Part shown: one piece after another, positions 11,190 to 23,967 of the stretch
Layout of the letters: each line of letters opens with the position of its first letter
How positions within the stretch are numbered: position 1 is the first letter of the stretch
Assembly (NCBI GenBank): GCA_963843145.1
Contig: CAWJJC010000021.1
Span: 64,001 to 128,000 of the forward strand
Direction of reading: 5' to 3'
Source of the DNA: an uncultured delta proteobacterium
GTDB lineage: Bacteria; Desulfobacterota; RBG-13-43-22
DNA: 64,000 bases
Translations under genes and position numbers: made by a program
The notes under the pieces: model-generated
Told to the model about the DNA's origin: nothing
Databases searched by the model: none
The model's input: the letters and a program-made list of their open reading frames with translations, nothing else

Positions 11190-12410
11190 TTACGGGCCCG
11201 CGGGCCTTCGGGTGCGGAGGCTGATTTTGAGGCGGGAGGCAGCAGTCCCCGGAGGCGGGGAGGAAACGGAGGTCTGAGGGGTCATTTTAAAAGGCTGGGT
11301 CTTGACGACCGCCCCGTCCTTGACCTTCTGGAGCCCTTCACTAATAATCTTTTCGCCGGGTTTGAGGCCCTCTTGGATGATCCAAAGGGTATCGATCCGT
11401 TCACCCACCGTAACCGTCCGGATGGCCACCTTATGGTCGGAACCTACTACGCCGACCTGATAACTGCCTTGAAGTTCCGTAACCGCCCTTTGGGGGACCA
11501 GCAGGGCCCCTTTTCGGGTCTCCACCTTGGCCCTTACTCGGGCAAATTGGCCGGGCCGGAGAACGTTGCCCGGATTGGGGAATAGGGCGGCTACCTTGAT
11601 GGTGCCGGTTCTGACGTCTACGGATCTCCCGGCAAAGGAAAAGGTCCCGGGATAAGGATGAAGGTTGCCATCGGCCAGGATCAACTCGAGGGGAATATGC
11701 TGAACCCGGTTATGATCTTTGGCCACATAGCGCAAATACTCCTGTTCGCTCATGGGGATATAAGACTTTGATCGGATCCACGGTGGAAACATTGGTCAGT
11801 TCTCCCGGGGTCCCGGGACCTACCAGGTTGCCGATCTGGATCTTGGCGATACCGGCTATGCCATCGATAGGGGAGGTAATCCGGGTGAAGCCTAGGTCCA
11901 CTTTGGCCTTGTCCACCACGGCCTGGGCGGACACCACTGCGGCCCGGGCGGCCTGTTCCGTACCTGCGGCATCATCCAGGTCTTTCATGGCTGACGGCCC
12001 TCCGTTCCACCAACGGTTTAATCCGCTCCAGATTGGCCCGGGCGTTTTCCCAGCGGGCCCGCTGCTCCGTGAGCTGCCCTTCGGCCTGGGCCAAAGCGGC
12101 TTGAAGGAAACGGTCATCAATATGAAAGAAGAATCTGGCCCTTTCTGACGAAATCTCCTTCCTTGTAGTCCTGTTTGACAAGATACCCTTGGATCTGGGC
12201 CCGAATCGCGGAATTGATCCAAGCCGCGGAGGAAGCGGTCCATTCCGTATAAATCGAACTTGTGACCAGGACATCTGCCTCTTCAACGGTCATTCTCGGC
12301 GGGGCCTCTGTGGTCGGTGCCTTTTGACATCCCAGACTAATAAAAGTCATCCCCCTCAGCCTAAGAACGGATACACCAGAGCGCACGGTCAATCTCTTTC
12401 CTCTCATCAT
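11190..12410 (-). pseudogene. RND periplasmic adaptor (AcrA-like) with several frameshifts
   Basis: fragments IRAQIQGYL..YKEGDFVRKGQ, TRITSPIDGIAG...GNLV, TGTIKVAALFPNPGNVLRPGQF, VPQRAVTELQG lie in different frames. Confidence 0.8.
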
Positions 12411-12753
12411 GCCAACCCCTCCTTGTTACCGGCAGGCTTCCTCCCGATTGGAGGTCCAGTCCCTCGTTGCCCACCGAATCTCCAGAACCGGGCGAAGATT
12501 AACTTCAATGGGCGGGGAATTCAACTTAATATCGCTCACCCCTCAAGGGGCAGCTTTCGGTAGAACAAGGATTTTCACCTCAGGGATATTTAACATTCGA
12601 GATTTTAAGGTGTCTGAGAAAAAAATAGGTAGTTTAGTCCGGTCTATTGACTTAACAGGTCTATGAGACGATATTTTTTTCCTCTTAAAAGACCCCAGGC
12701 GATTGCCTAGTGCTCCTGAGGGAGCTCCACTCCTTTGATTTCTTGGCGAGGTC

Positions 12754-13980
12754 ATGATGGTTGAAGAACTTTCGGAAAAACAGGCCGGAGCGAACCGCCC
12801 CCGCGGGGGCTTACGCAGGCGTTGGTGGGCCGTCGTTTTGTTGTTAGCCCTGGTCGGGGCCGGGACGGTGGCCTATTTAGTGAAGGGAGGAAATACGCGA
12901 GCTCCGGGGGCCAAACCAGAGGCCGGCCCTCCCGTTCGCGCCGTATCGGTGGCGGCTGTGGCCGCCAAGCAAGGGGAAATGCCCATCTACCTTAATGGGC
13001 TGGGATCCGTGATTCCCCTGAATACGGTCACGGTTAAGAGCCGCGTCGACGGGCAGCTTATGGAGGTCCTTTTCCAGGAGGGGCAGACCGTGAGTAAGGG
13101 TCAACTCCTGGCCCGGATCGACCCTCGGCCTTTCGAGGTGCAGTTGACCCAGGCCGAAGGGCAGATGGCGAGGGACCAGGCGCTCCTGAAAAACGCCGTC
13201 CTCGACCTGGAGCGCTACCGAGGTCTCTGGCAGCAGGACTCCATCCCCAAACAGCAACTCGACACCCAGGAGGCCCTGGTGCGCCAGTACGAAGGAACGG
13301 TCAGGGCCGACCAGGGGCCGATCGATAACGCCAAGCTGCAATTGGTTTACTGCCGGATAACGGCTCCCCTCAGCGGCCGGGTCGGTTTACGTCTGGTGGA
13401 TCCGGGCAATATCATCCATGCCGCCGATCCCAACGGGCTGGTGGTTACCACCCAGCTTCAACCCATCTCGGTTATTTTTTCTCTGCCCGAGGACAACATT
13501 CCCCAGATACTCGCCCAGCTCAAGGCCGGCCGGCGTCCTCCAGTTCTGGCCCTCGACCGTGATCAGAGCAAAAAACTGGCCCTGGGACATCTGCTGACCA
13601 TCGACAATCAGATCGATGCCAACACCGGGACCGTGCGGCTGAAGGCCCTGTTTGAAAACAAGGACAACCAACTGTTTCCCAACCAATTCGTCAATGCCCG
13701 CTTGTTGGCGGAGGTCAGAAAAGATGTCATCCTCATCCCGGCGGCGGCCATCCAGCAAGGTCCCCGAGGGGCCTTCGTCTATTTGGTTAACGCGGACCGG
13801 ACCGTGTCCGTCCGCCCGGTCAGCGTCGGCGAGATACAGGGCGCCGAGGCCTCCCTCCAGTCCGGTCTGACCAGCGGGGATCGGGTGGTCGTGGACGGCG
13901 CCGAACGGCTGCGGGAAGGGGCCAGAGTGGAATTGCGGGAAAAGGGCAACGGGAACGGAAACGGCCGGCGGAGCCGCTGA
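12754..13980 (+). CDS. mdtA: MdtA/MuxA-type RND periplasmic adaptor
   Basis: [56 protein letters not shown]. Confidence 0.9.
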   Translation: MMVEELSEKQAGANRPRGGLRRRWWAVVLLLALVGAGTVAYLVKGGNTRAPGAKPEAGPPVRAVSVAAVAAKQGEMPIYLNGLGSVIPLNTVTVKSRVDGQLMEVLFQEGQTVSKGQLLARIDPRPFEVQLTQAEGQMARDQALLKNAVLDLERYRGLWQQDSIPKQQLDTQEALVRQYEGTVRADQGPIDNAKLQLVYCRITAPLSGRVGLRLVDPGNIIHAADPNGLVVTTQLQPISVIFSLPEDNIPQILAQLKAGRRPPVLALDRDQSKKLALGHLLTIDNQIDANTGTVRLKALFENKDNQLFPNQFVNARLLAEVRKDVILIPAAAIQQGPRGAFVYLVNADRTVSVRPVSVGEIQGAEASLQSGLTSGDRVVVDGAERLREGARVELREKGNGNGNGRRSR

Positions 13981-16900
13981 TGAACCTTTCCCGCCCTTTC
14001 ATCCTGCGACCGGTGGCCACCACCTTGCTGATGGTGGCCCTCCTGCTGGCCGGCGCCGTGGCCTACCGTGAGCTGGCTGTCTCGGCCCTGCCCCAGGTGG
14101 ATTACCCCACCATTCAAGTTCGGACCTTTTATCCCGGCGCCAGTCCCGAGGTCATGGCCTCGTCGGTGACCGCCCCTCTGGAACGTCAATTCGGGCAAAT
14201 GCCCGGTCTGACCCAGATGACCTCCACCAGCTCGAGCGGCAGTTCGATCATCACCCTGCAGTTTACCCTGGACTTGAGTCTGGACGTGGCCGAGCAGCAG
14301 GTCCAGGCCTCGATCAACGCCTCCTTTACCTTTCTTCCTCGAGACCTGCCGTCTCCGCCGGTCTATAGTAAGGTCAATCCGGCCGACGCCCCGATCCTGA
14401 CCCTGGCCCTGACCTCCAAGACCTTGCCCCTGCCCACCGTGGAGGATCTGGCCGATACCCGGTTTGCCCAAAAGATCTCTCAATTACCCGGTGTGGGTCT
14501 GGTGAGCATCAGCGGCGGGCAGCGGCCGGCGGTGCGGATTTTGGCCAATCCTACGGCCCTGGCCGCCTATGGACTGTCTTTGGAAGACCTGCGGACGGCC
14601 ATTACCAACGCCAATGTCAATCTGGCCAAGGGCAGCTTCGACGGCCCACGCCAGGCCTATAGCATTGAGGCCAACGATCAGCTTTTTACCAGCAGTCAAT
14701 ACCGCCCTCTGATCATCGCCTATAAAAACGGGGCGCCCATAAAATTGTCCGCTGTGGCCGAAACCGTGGACGATGCCGAAAATATCCAGCAGGCGGCCTG
14801 GACCAACACGGTTCCGGCCGTGATCTTAAATATCCAAAGGCAGCCGGGGGCCAATGTCATCGAAGTGGTCGACCGGATCAAGAAATTGATGCCCAAATTG
14901 CAAGGTTCCCTGCCGGCGGCCGTCCAGGTCTCGGTTCTGACCGACCGGACTACGACCATTCGCGCCTCGGTCCGGGATGTGGAGTTCGAGCTAATGCTGG
15001 CCGTGGCCCTGGTGATCCTGGTCATCTTTATCTTCCTGCGCAACCTTTCGGCCACGACGATTCCCAGCGTGGCTGTCCCCCTTTCTCTGGTGGGTACTTT
15101 TGGGGTCATGTATCTTTTGGGATATAGTCTGAACAACCTCACCTTGATGGCCCTGACCATTTCCACCGGATTCGTCGTCGATGACGCCATTGTCATGATC
15201 GAAAATATCGCCCGGTTTATCGAGGAAGGAGATACTCCCCTCGAGGCCGCCCTCAAAGGCTCCAAACAGATCGGCTTTACCATCTTGTCTCTGACCGTTT
15301 CCCTGATCGCCGTGCTTATTCCCCTTTTGTTCATGGGCGACGTGGTGGGTCGGTTGTTCAGGGAATTTGCCGTCACCCTGGGGGTGACCATCATCATTTC
15401 CGCCGCCGTCTCCTTGACCCTGACGCCGATGATGTGCGCCCGTCTCCTCAAACACACCCCCCTGGAGCGTCAGGGCCGGTTTTACCGGGTCTCCGGGCAG
15501 ATGTTCGATCGCATTATCGCCGCCTACGGTCGGAGCTTGCGCTGGGTGCTCAGGCATCAGCCGGCGACTTTAATCGTGGCCGTCGGCACCCTGATCCTGA
15601 CCGTGGTCTTGTTTTTCATCGTTCCGAAAGGGTTTTTCCCGGTCCAGGACACGGGGCTCCTCCTCGGCATATCGGACGCCCCCCAAACGATCTCCTTTCC
15701 CGCCATGGCCGGGAGACAACAGGACCTGGCCAAAGTGATCCTCAAGGACCCGGCGGTCATGAGCCTGTCCTCTTTTATCGGGATCGACGGGACCAACGCC
15801 ACCCTCAACAGCGGACGGATCCTGATCAACCTCAAGCCCCTGGAAGAGCGGGGGATCAGCGCCACCCAGGTGATCAACCGACTCCAGCCGGAGCTGGCCC
15901 GGGTCGAAGGGGTCCGGCTCTTTCTTCAGCCGGTGCAGGACCTGACGGTCGACGCCCGGGTGAGCCGTACCCAATTTCAGTATACCATGGAAGACCCCGA
16001 CGCCAAGGAATTGTATGTCTGGGCCCCCAGGCTGGTCAAGGCCTTAAGCCAGCGGCCCGAGCTTCAGGAGGTCAGCAGCGATCAGCAGGACCAGGGACTG
16101 CGGCTGGCCGTGGACCTCGACCGCAACACGGCTTCCCGCTTCGGCATCCAGCCGCAACTCATCGACGATACCCTCTACGATGGCTATGGACAGCGAATCA
16201 TCTCGACCATCTTTACCCAATTGAATCAGTACCGGGTCATTCTGGGCCTCAAGCCGGAGTTTCAGCAAGATCCGAGTAAAATAAGAAACCTCTACCTCCC
16301 GGGGAAGACCGGCGATCAAGTACCGCTCAGTGCCTTCACCCGGACCTCGGAGACGACCGGACCGCTGCTCATCAGCCGCCAAGGACAATTCCCCTCGGTG
16401 ACCATCTCCTTCGACTTAAAAAAAGGGGCCTCCTTGGGAACGGCCGTTCAAGCCGTGGAGGAAACGGCCCGGCAGTTAGGCCTGCCCTCCAGCATCCGGG
16501 GGAGTTTTCAAGGAACGGCCCAGGCCTTCAAGGCTTCCCTGGCCAGCGAGCCCCTGCTGATCCTGGCGGCCCTGATAACGGTTTACATCGTCCTGGGCAT
16601 CCTTTACGAGAGCTACATTCACCCCATCACCATTCTTTCCACCCTGCCCTCAGCCGGGGTGGGAGCCTTCCTGGCCCTGTTGCTATTCCGATCCGAATTC
16701 AGTGTTATTGCCCTGATCGGCATCATCCTGCTCATCGGCATCGTCAAAAAGAACGGGATTATGATGGTCGATTTCGCCCTCGAGGCCGAGCGTAAGGAGG
16801 GAAAGACACCGGAGGAGGCCATCTACCAGGCCTCTTTGTTGCGTTTCCGGCCAATCATGATGACCACCCTGGCCGCCCTGCTCGGGGCCCTCCCTCTGGC

Positions 16901-17096
16901 TATGGGCGGCGGAGTAGGGTCGGAGCTGCGACATCCCCTGGGGATATCCATCGTCGGCGGCCTGATCATCAGCCAGATCCTGACCTTCTACACTACGCCG
17001 GTCATCTATCTGGCGTTCGACCGGTTGGCCCAAAGGATCAAAAACCGTCGAACCCATCATTCAGACGATGAACCTTTCAGCCCACTTCATCAATAG
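13980..17096 (+). CDS. mdtB: MdtB/MuxB-type RND permease
   Basis: [18 protein letters not shown]; [12 protein letters not shown]; [14 protein letters not shown]; RFRPIMMTT. Confidence 0.92.
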   Translation: MNLSRPFILRPVATTLLMVALLLAGAVAYRELAVSALPQVDYPTIQVRTFYPGASPEVMASSVTAPLERQFGQMPGLTQMTSTSSSGSSIITLQFTLDLSLDVAEQQVQASINASFTFLPRDLPSPPVYSKVNPADAPILTLALTSKTLPLPTVEDLADTRFAQKISQLPGVGLVSISGGQRPAVRILANPTALAAYGLSLEDLRTAITNANVNLAKGSFDGPRQAYSIEANDQLFTSSQYRPLIIAYKNGAPIKLSAVAETVDDAENIQQAAWTNTVPAVILNIQRQPGANVIEVVDRIKKLMPKLQGSLPAAVQVSVLTDRTTTIRASVRDVEFELMLAVALVILVIFIFLRNLSATTIPSVAVPLSLVGTFGVMYLLGYSLNNLTLMALTISTGFVVDDAIVMIENIARFIEEGDTPLEAALKGSKQIGFTILSLTVSLIAVLIPLLFMGDVVGRLFREFAVTLGVTIIISAAVSLTLTPMMCARLLKHTPLERQGRFYRVSGQMFDRIIAAYGRSLRWVLRHQPATLIVAVGTLILTVVLFFIVPKGFFPVQDTGLLLGISDAPQTISFPAMAGRQQDLAKVILKDPAVMSLSSFIGIDGTNATLNSGRILINLKPLEERGISATQVINRLQPELARVEGVRLFLQPVQDLTVDARVSRTQFQYTMEDPDAKELYVWAPRLVKALSQRPELQEVSSDQQDQGLRLAVDLDRNTASRFGIQPQLIDDTLYDGYGQRIISTIFTQLNQYRVILGLKPEFQQDPSKIRNLYLPGKTGDQVPLSAFTRTSETTGPLLISRQGQFPSVTISFDLKKGASLGTAVQAVEETARQLGLPSSIRGSFQGTAQAFKASLASEPLLILAALITVYIVLGILYESYIHPITILSTLPSAGVGAFLALLLFRSEFSVIALIGIILLIGIVKKNGIMMVDFALEAERKEGKTPEEAIYQASLLRFRPIMMTTLAALLGALPLAMGGGVGSELRHPLGISIVGGLIISQILTFYTTPVIYLAFDRLAQRIKNRRTHHSDDEPFSPLHQ

Positions 17097-20000
17097 ACCG
17101 GTAGCCACCACCCTGCTCACTCTGGGACTGGCCCTGGCCGGGATAATCGCCTTTCGGCTGCTGCCCGTATCGCCGCTGCCCCAGGTGGATTTCCCCACCA
17201 TCCAGGTATCGGCCTCCTTGCCCGGGGCGGATCCCGAGACCATGGCCACCTCGGTGGCCGCCCCCTTGGAGCGCCAGTTCGGACGCATCGCCGGAGTCAC
17301 CGAAATGACCTCCACCAGCTACCGGGGCTCTACGGGCATTGTCTTGCAGTTTGACCTGGACCGCAATATCAACGGAGCGGCCAGGGACGTCCAAGCGGCC
17401 ATCAATGCCGCCCGGGGTTTTATGCCGGCCAATCTTCCCCGCAACCCTACCTATCGCAAGGTTAACCCGGCCGATGCCCCCGTGCTGATTGTCGCCCTGA
17501 CCTCGGAAACGATCACTACGGCCAAGCTTTATGACGCGGCCTCGAGCATCATGCAGCAGAAACTTTCCCAGGTGGATGGCGTGGGCCAGGTATTTATCGG
17601 CGGCAGTTCCCTGCCGGCCGTACGAGTGGAGTTGAACCCGACGGCCTTAAATAAATACGGGATCAGTCTGGAAGACGTCCGGGGCGTCTTGAGCCGGACC
17701 ACGGTAAACCGGCCTAAAGGCCAGTTGTTTAACCAGGAAAAGACCTGGGAGATCCAGACCAACGACCAGCTCCGTACCGCGGACCAGTATCTGCCCTTGG
17801 TCATCAGTTACCGGGCCGGCGCCGCCCTCCGACTAACCGATGTGGGCCGGGTGACCGACTCGGTGGAAGACCTGCGCACTGCCGGGATGGTCAACGGAAA
17901 ACCCGCGGTGATGGCGGTCATTTTTCGACAGCCCGGGGCCAACATCATCGAAACGGTCGATCGGGTCAAGGCCCTGCTGCCCCAACTTAAAGCCGCCCTG
18001 CCCGGGGAAGTGGAATTTTCCGTCGTTTCCGACCGAACCCCCCCCATCCGGGGTTCCTTGAGAGACGTGGAACGGGCTTTGCTGATCTCCTTCCTGCTGG
18101 TCATCCTGGTGGTTTTCGGCTTCTTAAGGAGCTTCCGTTCCACCATCATTCCGGGCGTGGCCGTGGCCGTCTCGCTGATCGGCACCTTTGGGGTGATGTA
18201 CTTGTTCGGCTACAACTTGGACAACCTTTCCCTCATGGCCCTGACCGTGGCCACGGGATTTGTGGTGGATGACGCCATCGTGGTCCTGGAAAACATCACC
18301 CGCCATATCGAAGCAGGCGTCCCCCCACGGGAGGCTGCCTTCCAGGGGGCGCGGGAAATCGGCTTTACTGTTTTGTCCATGAGCACCTCCCTGGTGGCCG
18401 TCTTCATTCCCATCCTGCTGATGGGCGGCATGGTGGGCCGCTTGTTCCGTGAGTTTGCCGTCACCCTCTCGGCGGCCATCCTGGTCTCTTTGGTGGTTTC
18501 GCTCACCACCACGCCCATGATGTGCGCCGCCTTCCTAAAGTCCGGGAAAAACGGGGACCATGGCACCTGGTATAAATTCAGTGAGGGCGTTTTCAATTGG
18601 ATGCACCGGCGCTATGAAACCACCTTGGGCTGGTCCCTGCGCCACTCCCGGTTCATGCTGCTCTTGATGTTCATTACGGTGGGTACCAGCGGCGTCCTCT
18701 TTGTCGTCGTTCCCAAGGGTTTTTTCCCGGAGCAGGATACCGGACGGATTGCCGGGTCCATTCAGGCCGAACAGGATATATCCTTTCAGGCCATGCGGGC
18801 CAAGCTGGCTCAAATTTTGGCCATCATCAAATCGGACCCGGAAGTGGTTTATTCCGCGGGTTTTACCGGGGGCGGGGGCGGCGGCGGGACGGCGGCCAAT
18901 ACCGGCCGGATGTTCATTACCCTGAAGCCCTTCGAGGAGCGAACCTCCCAGATCGGGCAAGCGATTGCCCGGCTGCGTAAAAAGCTGGCCCAGGTGCCCG
19001 GCGCCCCGAGCTATCTTCAGCCGGTCCAGGACCTGCGCGTCGGAGGGCGGGCCAGTAATGCCCTGTATCAGTATACCCTCCAGAGCGATATCTTAGCCGA
19101 CCTGACCACCTGGGCCCCGCGCGTCCTGCAGCGGTTGCGCAGCCTGCCGGCGCTGGTGGATGTGAGCAGCGACCAGCAAAACAAGGGGCGGGAGGCCCGG
19201 CTGGAAATCGACCGGGATACGGCCTCGCGGCTGGGGATTACTTCCCAAATGATCGACAACATCCTCTATGATGCCTTTGGACAGGCGCAGGTGGCCATCA
19301 ATTATACGCTGTTAAACCAATACCACCTGATCATGGAGGTGGCCCCGGAATATTGGCAGCAACCGGAAACGCTTAAAGATATTTTTGTCCGCGGCGCCCA
19401 GGGGGTCATGGTGCCTTTGGGGGCCTTCAGCCGGTTTGATCGCAAGGCCACTTCCCTGGCCGTCAACCACCAAGGTCAGTTCCCTTCGGTGACCATCTCT
19501 TTTAATTTGCAGCCGGGCAAATCGCTCGGAGAGGCCGTCAAAGCCGTAGAAACCGCCACCCGACAAATGGGAATGCCGGCCTCCATCCGGGGCAGCTTTT
19601 CAGGCACGGCCCAGGCTTTTCAAGCCTCTTTGGCTAACCAGCCCCTGCTCATCCTGGCGGCCCTGGTGACGGTCTATATTGTGCTCGGTATCCTTTATGA
19701 GAGCTATATCCATCCCATCACCATCCTCTCCACCTTGCCCTCGGCCGGGGTGGGCGCCTTACTGGCCCTGCTGATCTTTCGCACCGATTTGAGCGTCATC
19801 TCCTTTATCGGGATTATCCTGCTGATCGGCATCGTCAAAAAGAACGGCATCATGATGGTGGACTTCGCCGTCGAGTCCGAGCGTCAGGAGGGGAAAAGAC
19901 CGGAGGAAGCCATCTATCAGGCCTGTTTGTTGCGGTTCCGCCCGATCATGATGACCACCATGGCGGCCCTCTTCGGCGCTCTGCCCCTGGCCTTGGGCCG

Positions 20001-20190
20001 GGGCGTAGGCTCGGAGCTTCGCCGTCCCCTCGGTATCGCCATCGTCGGCGGACTGGTTATCAGTCAGATGCTCACCCTGTATACGACACCCGTCATGTAT
20101 CTCTATCTTGATCGGTTCAGGCTTCGCCTGAAAGGGTTGAGGCAAAAACGCCCTCGGGAAGCCATAGGAAATAGTCCGGAAATTGTGTGA
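17068..20190 (+). CDS. mdtC: MdtC/MuxC-type RND permease
   Basis: [12 protein letters not shown]; [22 protein letters not shown]; second permease of the tandem pair. Confidence 0.92.
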   Translation: MNLSAHFINRPVATTLLTLGLALAGIIAFRLLPVSPLPQVDFPTIQVSASLPGADPETMATSVAAPLERQFGRIAGVTEMTSTSYRGSTGIVLQFDLDRNINGAARDVQAAINAARGFMPANLPRNPTYRKVNPADAPVLIVALTSETITTAKLYDAASSIMQQKLSQVDGVGQVFIGGSSLPAVRVELNPTALNKYGISLEDVRGVLSRTTVNRPKGQLFNQEKTWEIQTNDQLRTADQYLPLVISYRAGAALRLTDVGRVTDSVEDLRTAGMVNGKPAVMAVIFRQPGANIIETVDRVKALLPQLKAALPGEVEFSVVSDRTPPIRGSLRDVERALLISFLLVILVVFGFLRSFRSTIIPGVAVAVSLIGTFGVMYLFGYNLDNLSLMALTVATGFVVDDAIVVLENITRHIEAGVPPREAAFQGAREIGFTVLSMSTSLVAVFIPILLMGGMVGRLFREFAVTLSAAILVSLVVSLTTTPMMCAAFLKSGKNGDHGTWYKFSEGVFNWMHRRYETTLGWSLRHSRFMLLLMFITVGTSGVLFVVVPKGFFPEQDTGRIAGSIQAEQDISFQAMRAKLAQILAIIKSDPEVVYSAGFTGGGGGGGTAANTGRMFITLKPFEERTSQIGQAIARLRKKLAQVPGAPSYLQPVQDLRVGGRASNALYQYTLQSDILADLTTWAPRVLQRLRSLPALVDVSSDQQNKGREARLEIDRDTASRLGITSQMIDNILYDAFGQAQVAINYTLLNQYHLIMEVAPEYWQQPETLKDIFVRGAQGVMVPLGAFSRFDRKATSLAVNHQGQFPSVTISFNLQPGKSLGEAVKAVETATRQMGMPASIRGSFSGTAQAFQASLANQPLLILAALVTVYIVLGILYESYIHPITILSTLPSAGVGALLALLIFRTDLSVISFIGIILLIGIVKKNGIMMVDFAVESERQEGKRPEEAIYQACLLRFRPIMMTTMAALFGALPLALGRGVGSELRRPLGIAIVGGLVISQMLTLYTTPVMYLYLDRFRLRLKGLRQKRPREAIGNSPEIV

Positions 20191-20199
20191 GGTGAAGAC

Positions 20200-21639
20200 G
20201 TGAAGATCATTACCCGGAGAATAAAGTTGATGGGGACAGCGGCGCTGTTTCTCTTGTTCACCGCCTGCGTGGTGGGGCCCGACTATCGAAGACCCGACGC
20301 CCCCGTGCCGGAAGCCTACAAAGAAAGCGCAGCTTGGAAAGCGGCTCAGCCGGCCGATGCCGTCACCCGGGGGGCCTGGTGGGAAGTCTTCGCCGATCCG
20401 CAGTTGAACGGCCTGGAAGAGCAAATAAACCTCTCGAATCAGACCGTCAAAGCGGCCGAAGCCCAGGTCCGTCAGGCCCTGGCGCTGGTTCAGATGGCCA
20501 GGGCCAGTTATTTTCCCTTTGTCACCGGCGGCGTCTCCTTTACACGGTCGGAGAGCTCCGCCACCCTCACCAAGAGCCAGGCGGTTGGGGGCACTCCCAC
20601 CTCGGATTATCTTTTACCCGTCAACCTGTCCTGGGAGGCGGATGTCTGGGGACGAATCCGCCGCACGGTCGAGGCCAGCCGGGACAGCGCCGAGGCGAGC
20701 GCCGCCGATCTCGAATCCGCCCGTCTGAGCGCGCAGAGCGCGCTGGCCCAAGCCTATTTTCAATTGCGAACGGTGGACACCCAGAGGCAGCTTTTCCAGG
20801 CGACGGTCACGGCCTACCAAAAGGCGCTGCAGTTGACCCAGAACCGTTATGGCGGCGGTGTGGCGGGGAAGGCCGATGTACTCCAGGCGCAGACTCTTCT
20901 GGAGTCCACCCAGGCCCAGCTTATCGACCTGGGCGTGCAGCGCGCGCAGTTGGAGCACGCCCTGGCGCTCCTCATCGGGAAGCCGGCGTCGGCCTTCTCA
21001 CTGGCGGAGACTCCGTTTAACCTGGTCCCGCCCGCCGTACCCGTCGGCCTGCCGTCGGAGCTTCTCGAACGAAGGCCCGACATCGCGGCCGCGGAGCGGC
21101 GGGTGGCCGCGGCCAACGCGCAGATCGGCGTGGCCACCGCCGCCTTTTTTCCGAGATTTACCCTGAGCTTATTGGGCGGGTATGAAAGCGGCGTCGCTGC
21201 CAACTGGCTTACCTGGCCGAGTCACTTCTGGTCGCTGGGGCCGGCCCTGGCGCAGACGCTCTTTGCCGGCGGCTCGCTTCGAGCTCTGACCGACCAGGCG
21301 CGGGCGGCCTACGACGGCGCGGCGGCGTCTTACCGTCAGACCGTGCTGACGGGATTTCAGGAGGTCGAGGACAACCTGGCGGCGCTGCGTATCCTGGAAG
21401 GGGAAGCGCAGGTGCAGGAGGCGGCGGTGAAGGCGGCCCAGCAATTGCTCACGGTGACCATGAACCAGTACCGGGCGGGGATAGTGAGCTATCTCAATGT
21501 GATCACCGCGCAGACGACGGCTTTGACGAATGAACGGGCGGCAGTAAACATTGCCGGGCGGAGGATGGCGGCTACGGTACTGCTCATCAAGGCCCTGGGC
21601 GGGGGGTGGAAATCGGCCGCCTCCGCACCAGGAATCTAG
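20200..21639 (+). CDS. RND outer membrane lipoprotein (NodT/OpmB-like)
   Basis: lipobox FTAC-VVGPDY; PSELLERRPDIAAAER; LIKALGGGW. Confidence 0.92.
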   Translation: MKIITRRIKLMGTAALFLLFTACVVGPDYRRPDAPVPEAYKESAAWKAAQPADAVTRGAWWEVFADPQLNGLEEQINLSNQTVKAAEAQVRQALALVQMARASYFPFVTGGVSFTRSESSATLTKSQAVGGTPTSDYLLPVNLSWEADVWGRIRRTVEASRDSAEASAADLESARLSAQSALAQAYFQLRTVDTQRQLFQATVTAYQKALQLTQNRYGGGVAGKADVLQAQTLLESTQAQLIDLGVQRAQLEHALALLIGKPASAFSLAETPFNLVPPAVPVGLPSELLERRPDIAAAERRVAAANAQIGVATAAFFPRFTLSLLGGYESGVAANWLTWPSHFWSLGPALAQTLFAGGSLRALTDQARAAYDGAAASYRQTVLTGFQEVEDNLAALRILEGEAQVQEAAVKAAQQLLTVTMNQYRAGIVSYLNVITAQTTALTNERAAVNIAGRRMAATVLLIKALGGGWKSAASAPGI

Positions 21640-21707
21640 CCCGGCTGTAGATAGCCTGAGGGCCGACGGTTCCGGTTAGGTTCATGTTCAACGAGGGATT
21701 AGGCCGT

Positions 21708-22274
21708 TCATCCTTTGATGCGCGGGTGGTTTTTTTCGACCCCGCCCTCCGCATCATCGCCGGAGGAGTGCTGGGCGCCGAGAAACCAAAATAAAAAGGC
21801 CAAAATCACGGTCAGGAAGAAGAGCGTGAAGGCCAGCGGTTGGCCGTGCCACAACCCGCCAAACCATTCCCGAAACTCCGTAGCCAGAATATTGACTTTA
21901 CCGCCATAGAGCTCTAAATCACGTAAGTATTTTTTTGTCTCCAGAGGATTGTAGCCCAGCGGGTTGGGAACGGCAGGCCCGGCGGTTAAATAAACAAGGA
22001 GGGAACTGCTCAAACCAACAGCTAAGAGGATAACGGCAATCGATTTGGCGTGGGTTGCCAAGCGCTTGAGGGTATTTGGCCTGTGGTCATTTTGGGTAAG
22101 AATATTTTCTCGTATAGTGTTTAATTCATCTATGGATATAGGGTGGCCGCGCCTTCTAAGCTCATTGGCGGCTGCCTCAACGGCTTCCAATCGATACTTT
22201 GAATAATTGGCTATATATTCCTTAAGTTCTGCATCTGAAAGAGTGGGGATCCTGGTATGAAATGGTTCTGCCAT
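21708..22274 (-). CDS. hypothetical membrane protein (2 TM)
   Basis: ATG at 22274; two hydrophobic segments flank TKKYLRDLELYGGKVN..EF..WF..LWHG. Confidence 0.7.
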   Translation of the reverse strand: MAEPFHTRIPTLSDAELKEYIANYSKYRLEAVEAAANELRRRGHPISIDELNTIRENILTQNDHRPNTLKRLATHAKSIAVILLAVGLSSSLLVYLTAGPAVPNPLGYNPLETKKYLRDLELYGGKVNILATEFREWFGGLWHGQPLAFTLFFLTVILAFLFWFLGAQHSSGDDAEGGVEKNHPRIKG

Positions 22275-22293
22275 GGGCTTCCTAATCAAGTGA

Positions 22294-22365
22294 GGCTTCG
22301 TCCTTTTGGGTGGGTAGCCCAAAAGATCTGGCGCGGCCGTCGGGTCTCGGCGAAAGCGTTTTCCC
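22294..22365. repeat. dispersed two-block repeat, copy A
   Basis: TTCGTCCTTTTGGGTGGGTAGCC and GCGGCCGTCGGGTCTCGGCGAAAGCGTTTTCC blocks recur at 34411-34502. Confidence 0.6.
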
Positions 22366-22369
22366 TCTC

Positions 22370-23887
22370 TCAATTTAACTGGAAAGTCACATAGGACAGG
22401 CCCGCCGCCCGTTCTACTTGGAGAACCACGTAGCTGCCGGGTTTCAGGTGATGCAAGGCCGAATAAAGCGACTCGAGGCTGTTGATGGCCGCTCCATTCA
22501 GGGCGTGAATGATGTCCCCGGTGGTCAGGGAGTTCTTGGTCAACCCGGATGTGGCCGTTTTGGCTACCACGACGACTCCGGAGCCCTGACGAATCCCCGG
22601 AAGGAGCGAAAGGACCTTTTCGTCGACGTTGAGGCCCACAATCCCCAATTTTCGCACCAGGTTCTTTTCAGGGTCCGCCAAATCAAACAGACGATCTACG
22701 TTTTCATGGTGCTCAATGACCTCCACGTCGAAGGACAACTTCTTCGTTCCGCGCAGGACCTCCATTTTGACGTTCTCCCCGGGGTTGACTAGAAAGAAGC
22801 TGATTCCCAAAAGGGGGAGATTGTCGACCGGTCTCCCCTTGACCGTCAGGATGATGTCCTGAATCTTGAGGCCCGCCTTATCGGCGGGAGATCCAGGGGC
22901 CACATCGCTGATAAGGACCCCCCAGTCTCTGGGAAGGCCCAGGCCGGCGGCCATCCCCGGCGAGATGGACTGAACGTGGATGCCGATTACTCCCCGGTGG
23001 AGGTGCCCATATTGACGGAGTTGGGGATAGGCGAAGCGGACGATGGCGCTGGGAATGGCGAATCCCAAGGCCTCATTTCCTCCGGACTGGGTAAGGATGA
23101 AAGTGTTGATCCCCACCAGTTCTCCCTGCACGTTTACCAGCGGACCGCCGCTATTGCCGGGATTGATGGCGGCGTCTGTCTGAATGAAAACCAGTGGACT
23201 ATCAGGTTCGAGCTGACGGGCGACCGCACTCACCACGCCCATGGAAACGGAATTCCGCAGTCCGCTGGGACTGCCGAAGGTGAAAACGATCTCTCCCTGC
23301 CGCAGTCCCTCGTACTTTCCAATGGGCAAGGCCGGCAGTCCCCGGGCCTCCACCTTCAGCAACGCCAGGTCCAATTCGTTTGAGACGCCCACCACGCGGG
23401 CCTCCAGGGTGCGACCTAGGGAGGTAGAACTTGAAAAGGCGGAAGCCCCCTCATCCCCTAAAGAGGACAAAACCACTTGGACCCGGCTCTCGCCGCTGAC
23501 GACATGCGCATTGGTGACGATAAAGCCATCGGGATCGATGATGGCTCCAGATCCAATGCCTCGTTGTTTTCCAAAGACCAAACTCCCTTCTCGATGACTT
23601 TCATCATCCAAAGGCTTGAATCCTGTGACCAGTACCTGCACCACACTCGGGGAAACCTTTCCTACCAGGTCTTCCACGGAAGCATTGAATTGAATAAGGG
23701 CTTCGGAAGCCTGGGCCTTCTGGGCCGAATGTGCCTGCAACTCTCCGGCCAGCAAGGCGTACCCGACGCTGACGATTACGAGTCCTAGTCGCATCCTGCT
23801 CAGTCGAAACAACCGTCCTTGAAATCGGATCCATCCGAAATTCCTCACGTTCAAGTCCGAATTCCCCACTTTATTCTCAGCGATCAT
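22370..23887 (-). CDS. HtrA/DegP-family serine protease with two PDZ domains
   Basis: TNAHVV, DLALLK, IQTDAAINPGNSGGPL catalytic motifs; start may be downstream at MRLGLV. Confidence 0.93.
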   Translation of the reverse strand: MIAENKVGNSDLNVRNFGWIRFQGRLFRLSRMRLGLVIVSVGYALLAGELQAHSAQKAQASEALIQFNASVEDLVGKVSPSVVQVLVTGFKPLDDESHREGSLVFGKQRGIGSGAIIDPDGFIVTNAHVVSGESRVQVVLSSLGDEGASAFSSSTSLGRTLEARVVGVSNELDLALLKVEARGLPALPIGKYEGLRQGEIVFTFGSPSGLRNSVSMGVVSAVARQLEPDSPLVFIQTDAAINPGNSGGPLVNVQGELVGINTFILTQSGGNEALGFAIPSAIVRFAYPQLRQYGHLHRGVIGIHVQSISPGMAAGLGLPRDWGVLISDVAPGSPADKAGLKIQDIILTVKGRPVDNLPLLGISFFLVNPGENVKMEVLRGTKKLSFDVEVIEHHENVDRLFDLADPEKNLVRKLGIVGLNVDEKVLSLLPGIRQGSGVVVVAKTATSGLTKNSLTTGDIIHALNGAAINSLESLYSALHHLKPGSYVVLQVERAAGLSYVTFQLN

Positions 23888-23967
23888 CGTCCGCCTCTCT
23901 GGTCTGCGCTTGGTTCCTTGGTTCTATCTGGAAAAAGTATAGGGTAAGAAAAAAGACCGGTCAACTC

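Noticed and set aside
13980-20190. Long internal DNA similarity as a repeat element
   Set aside because: Expected paralogy between mdtB and mdtC
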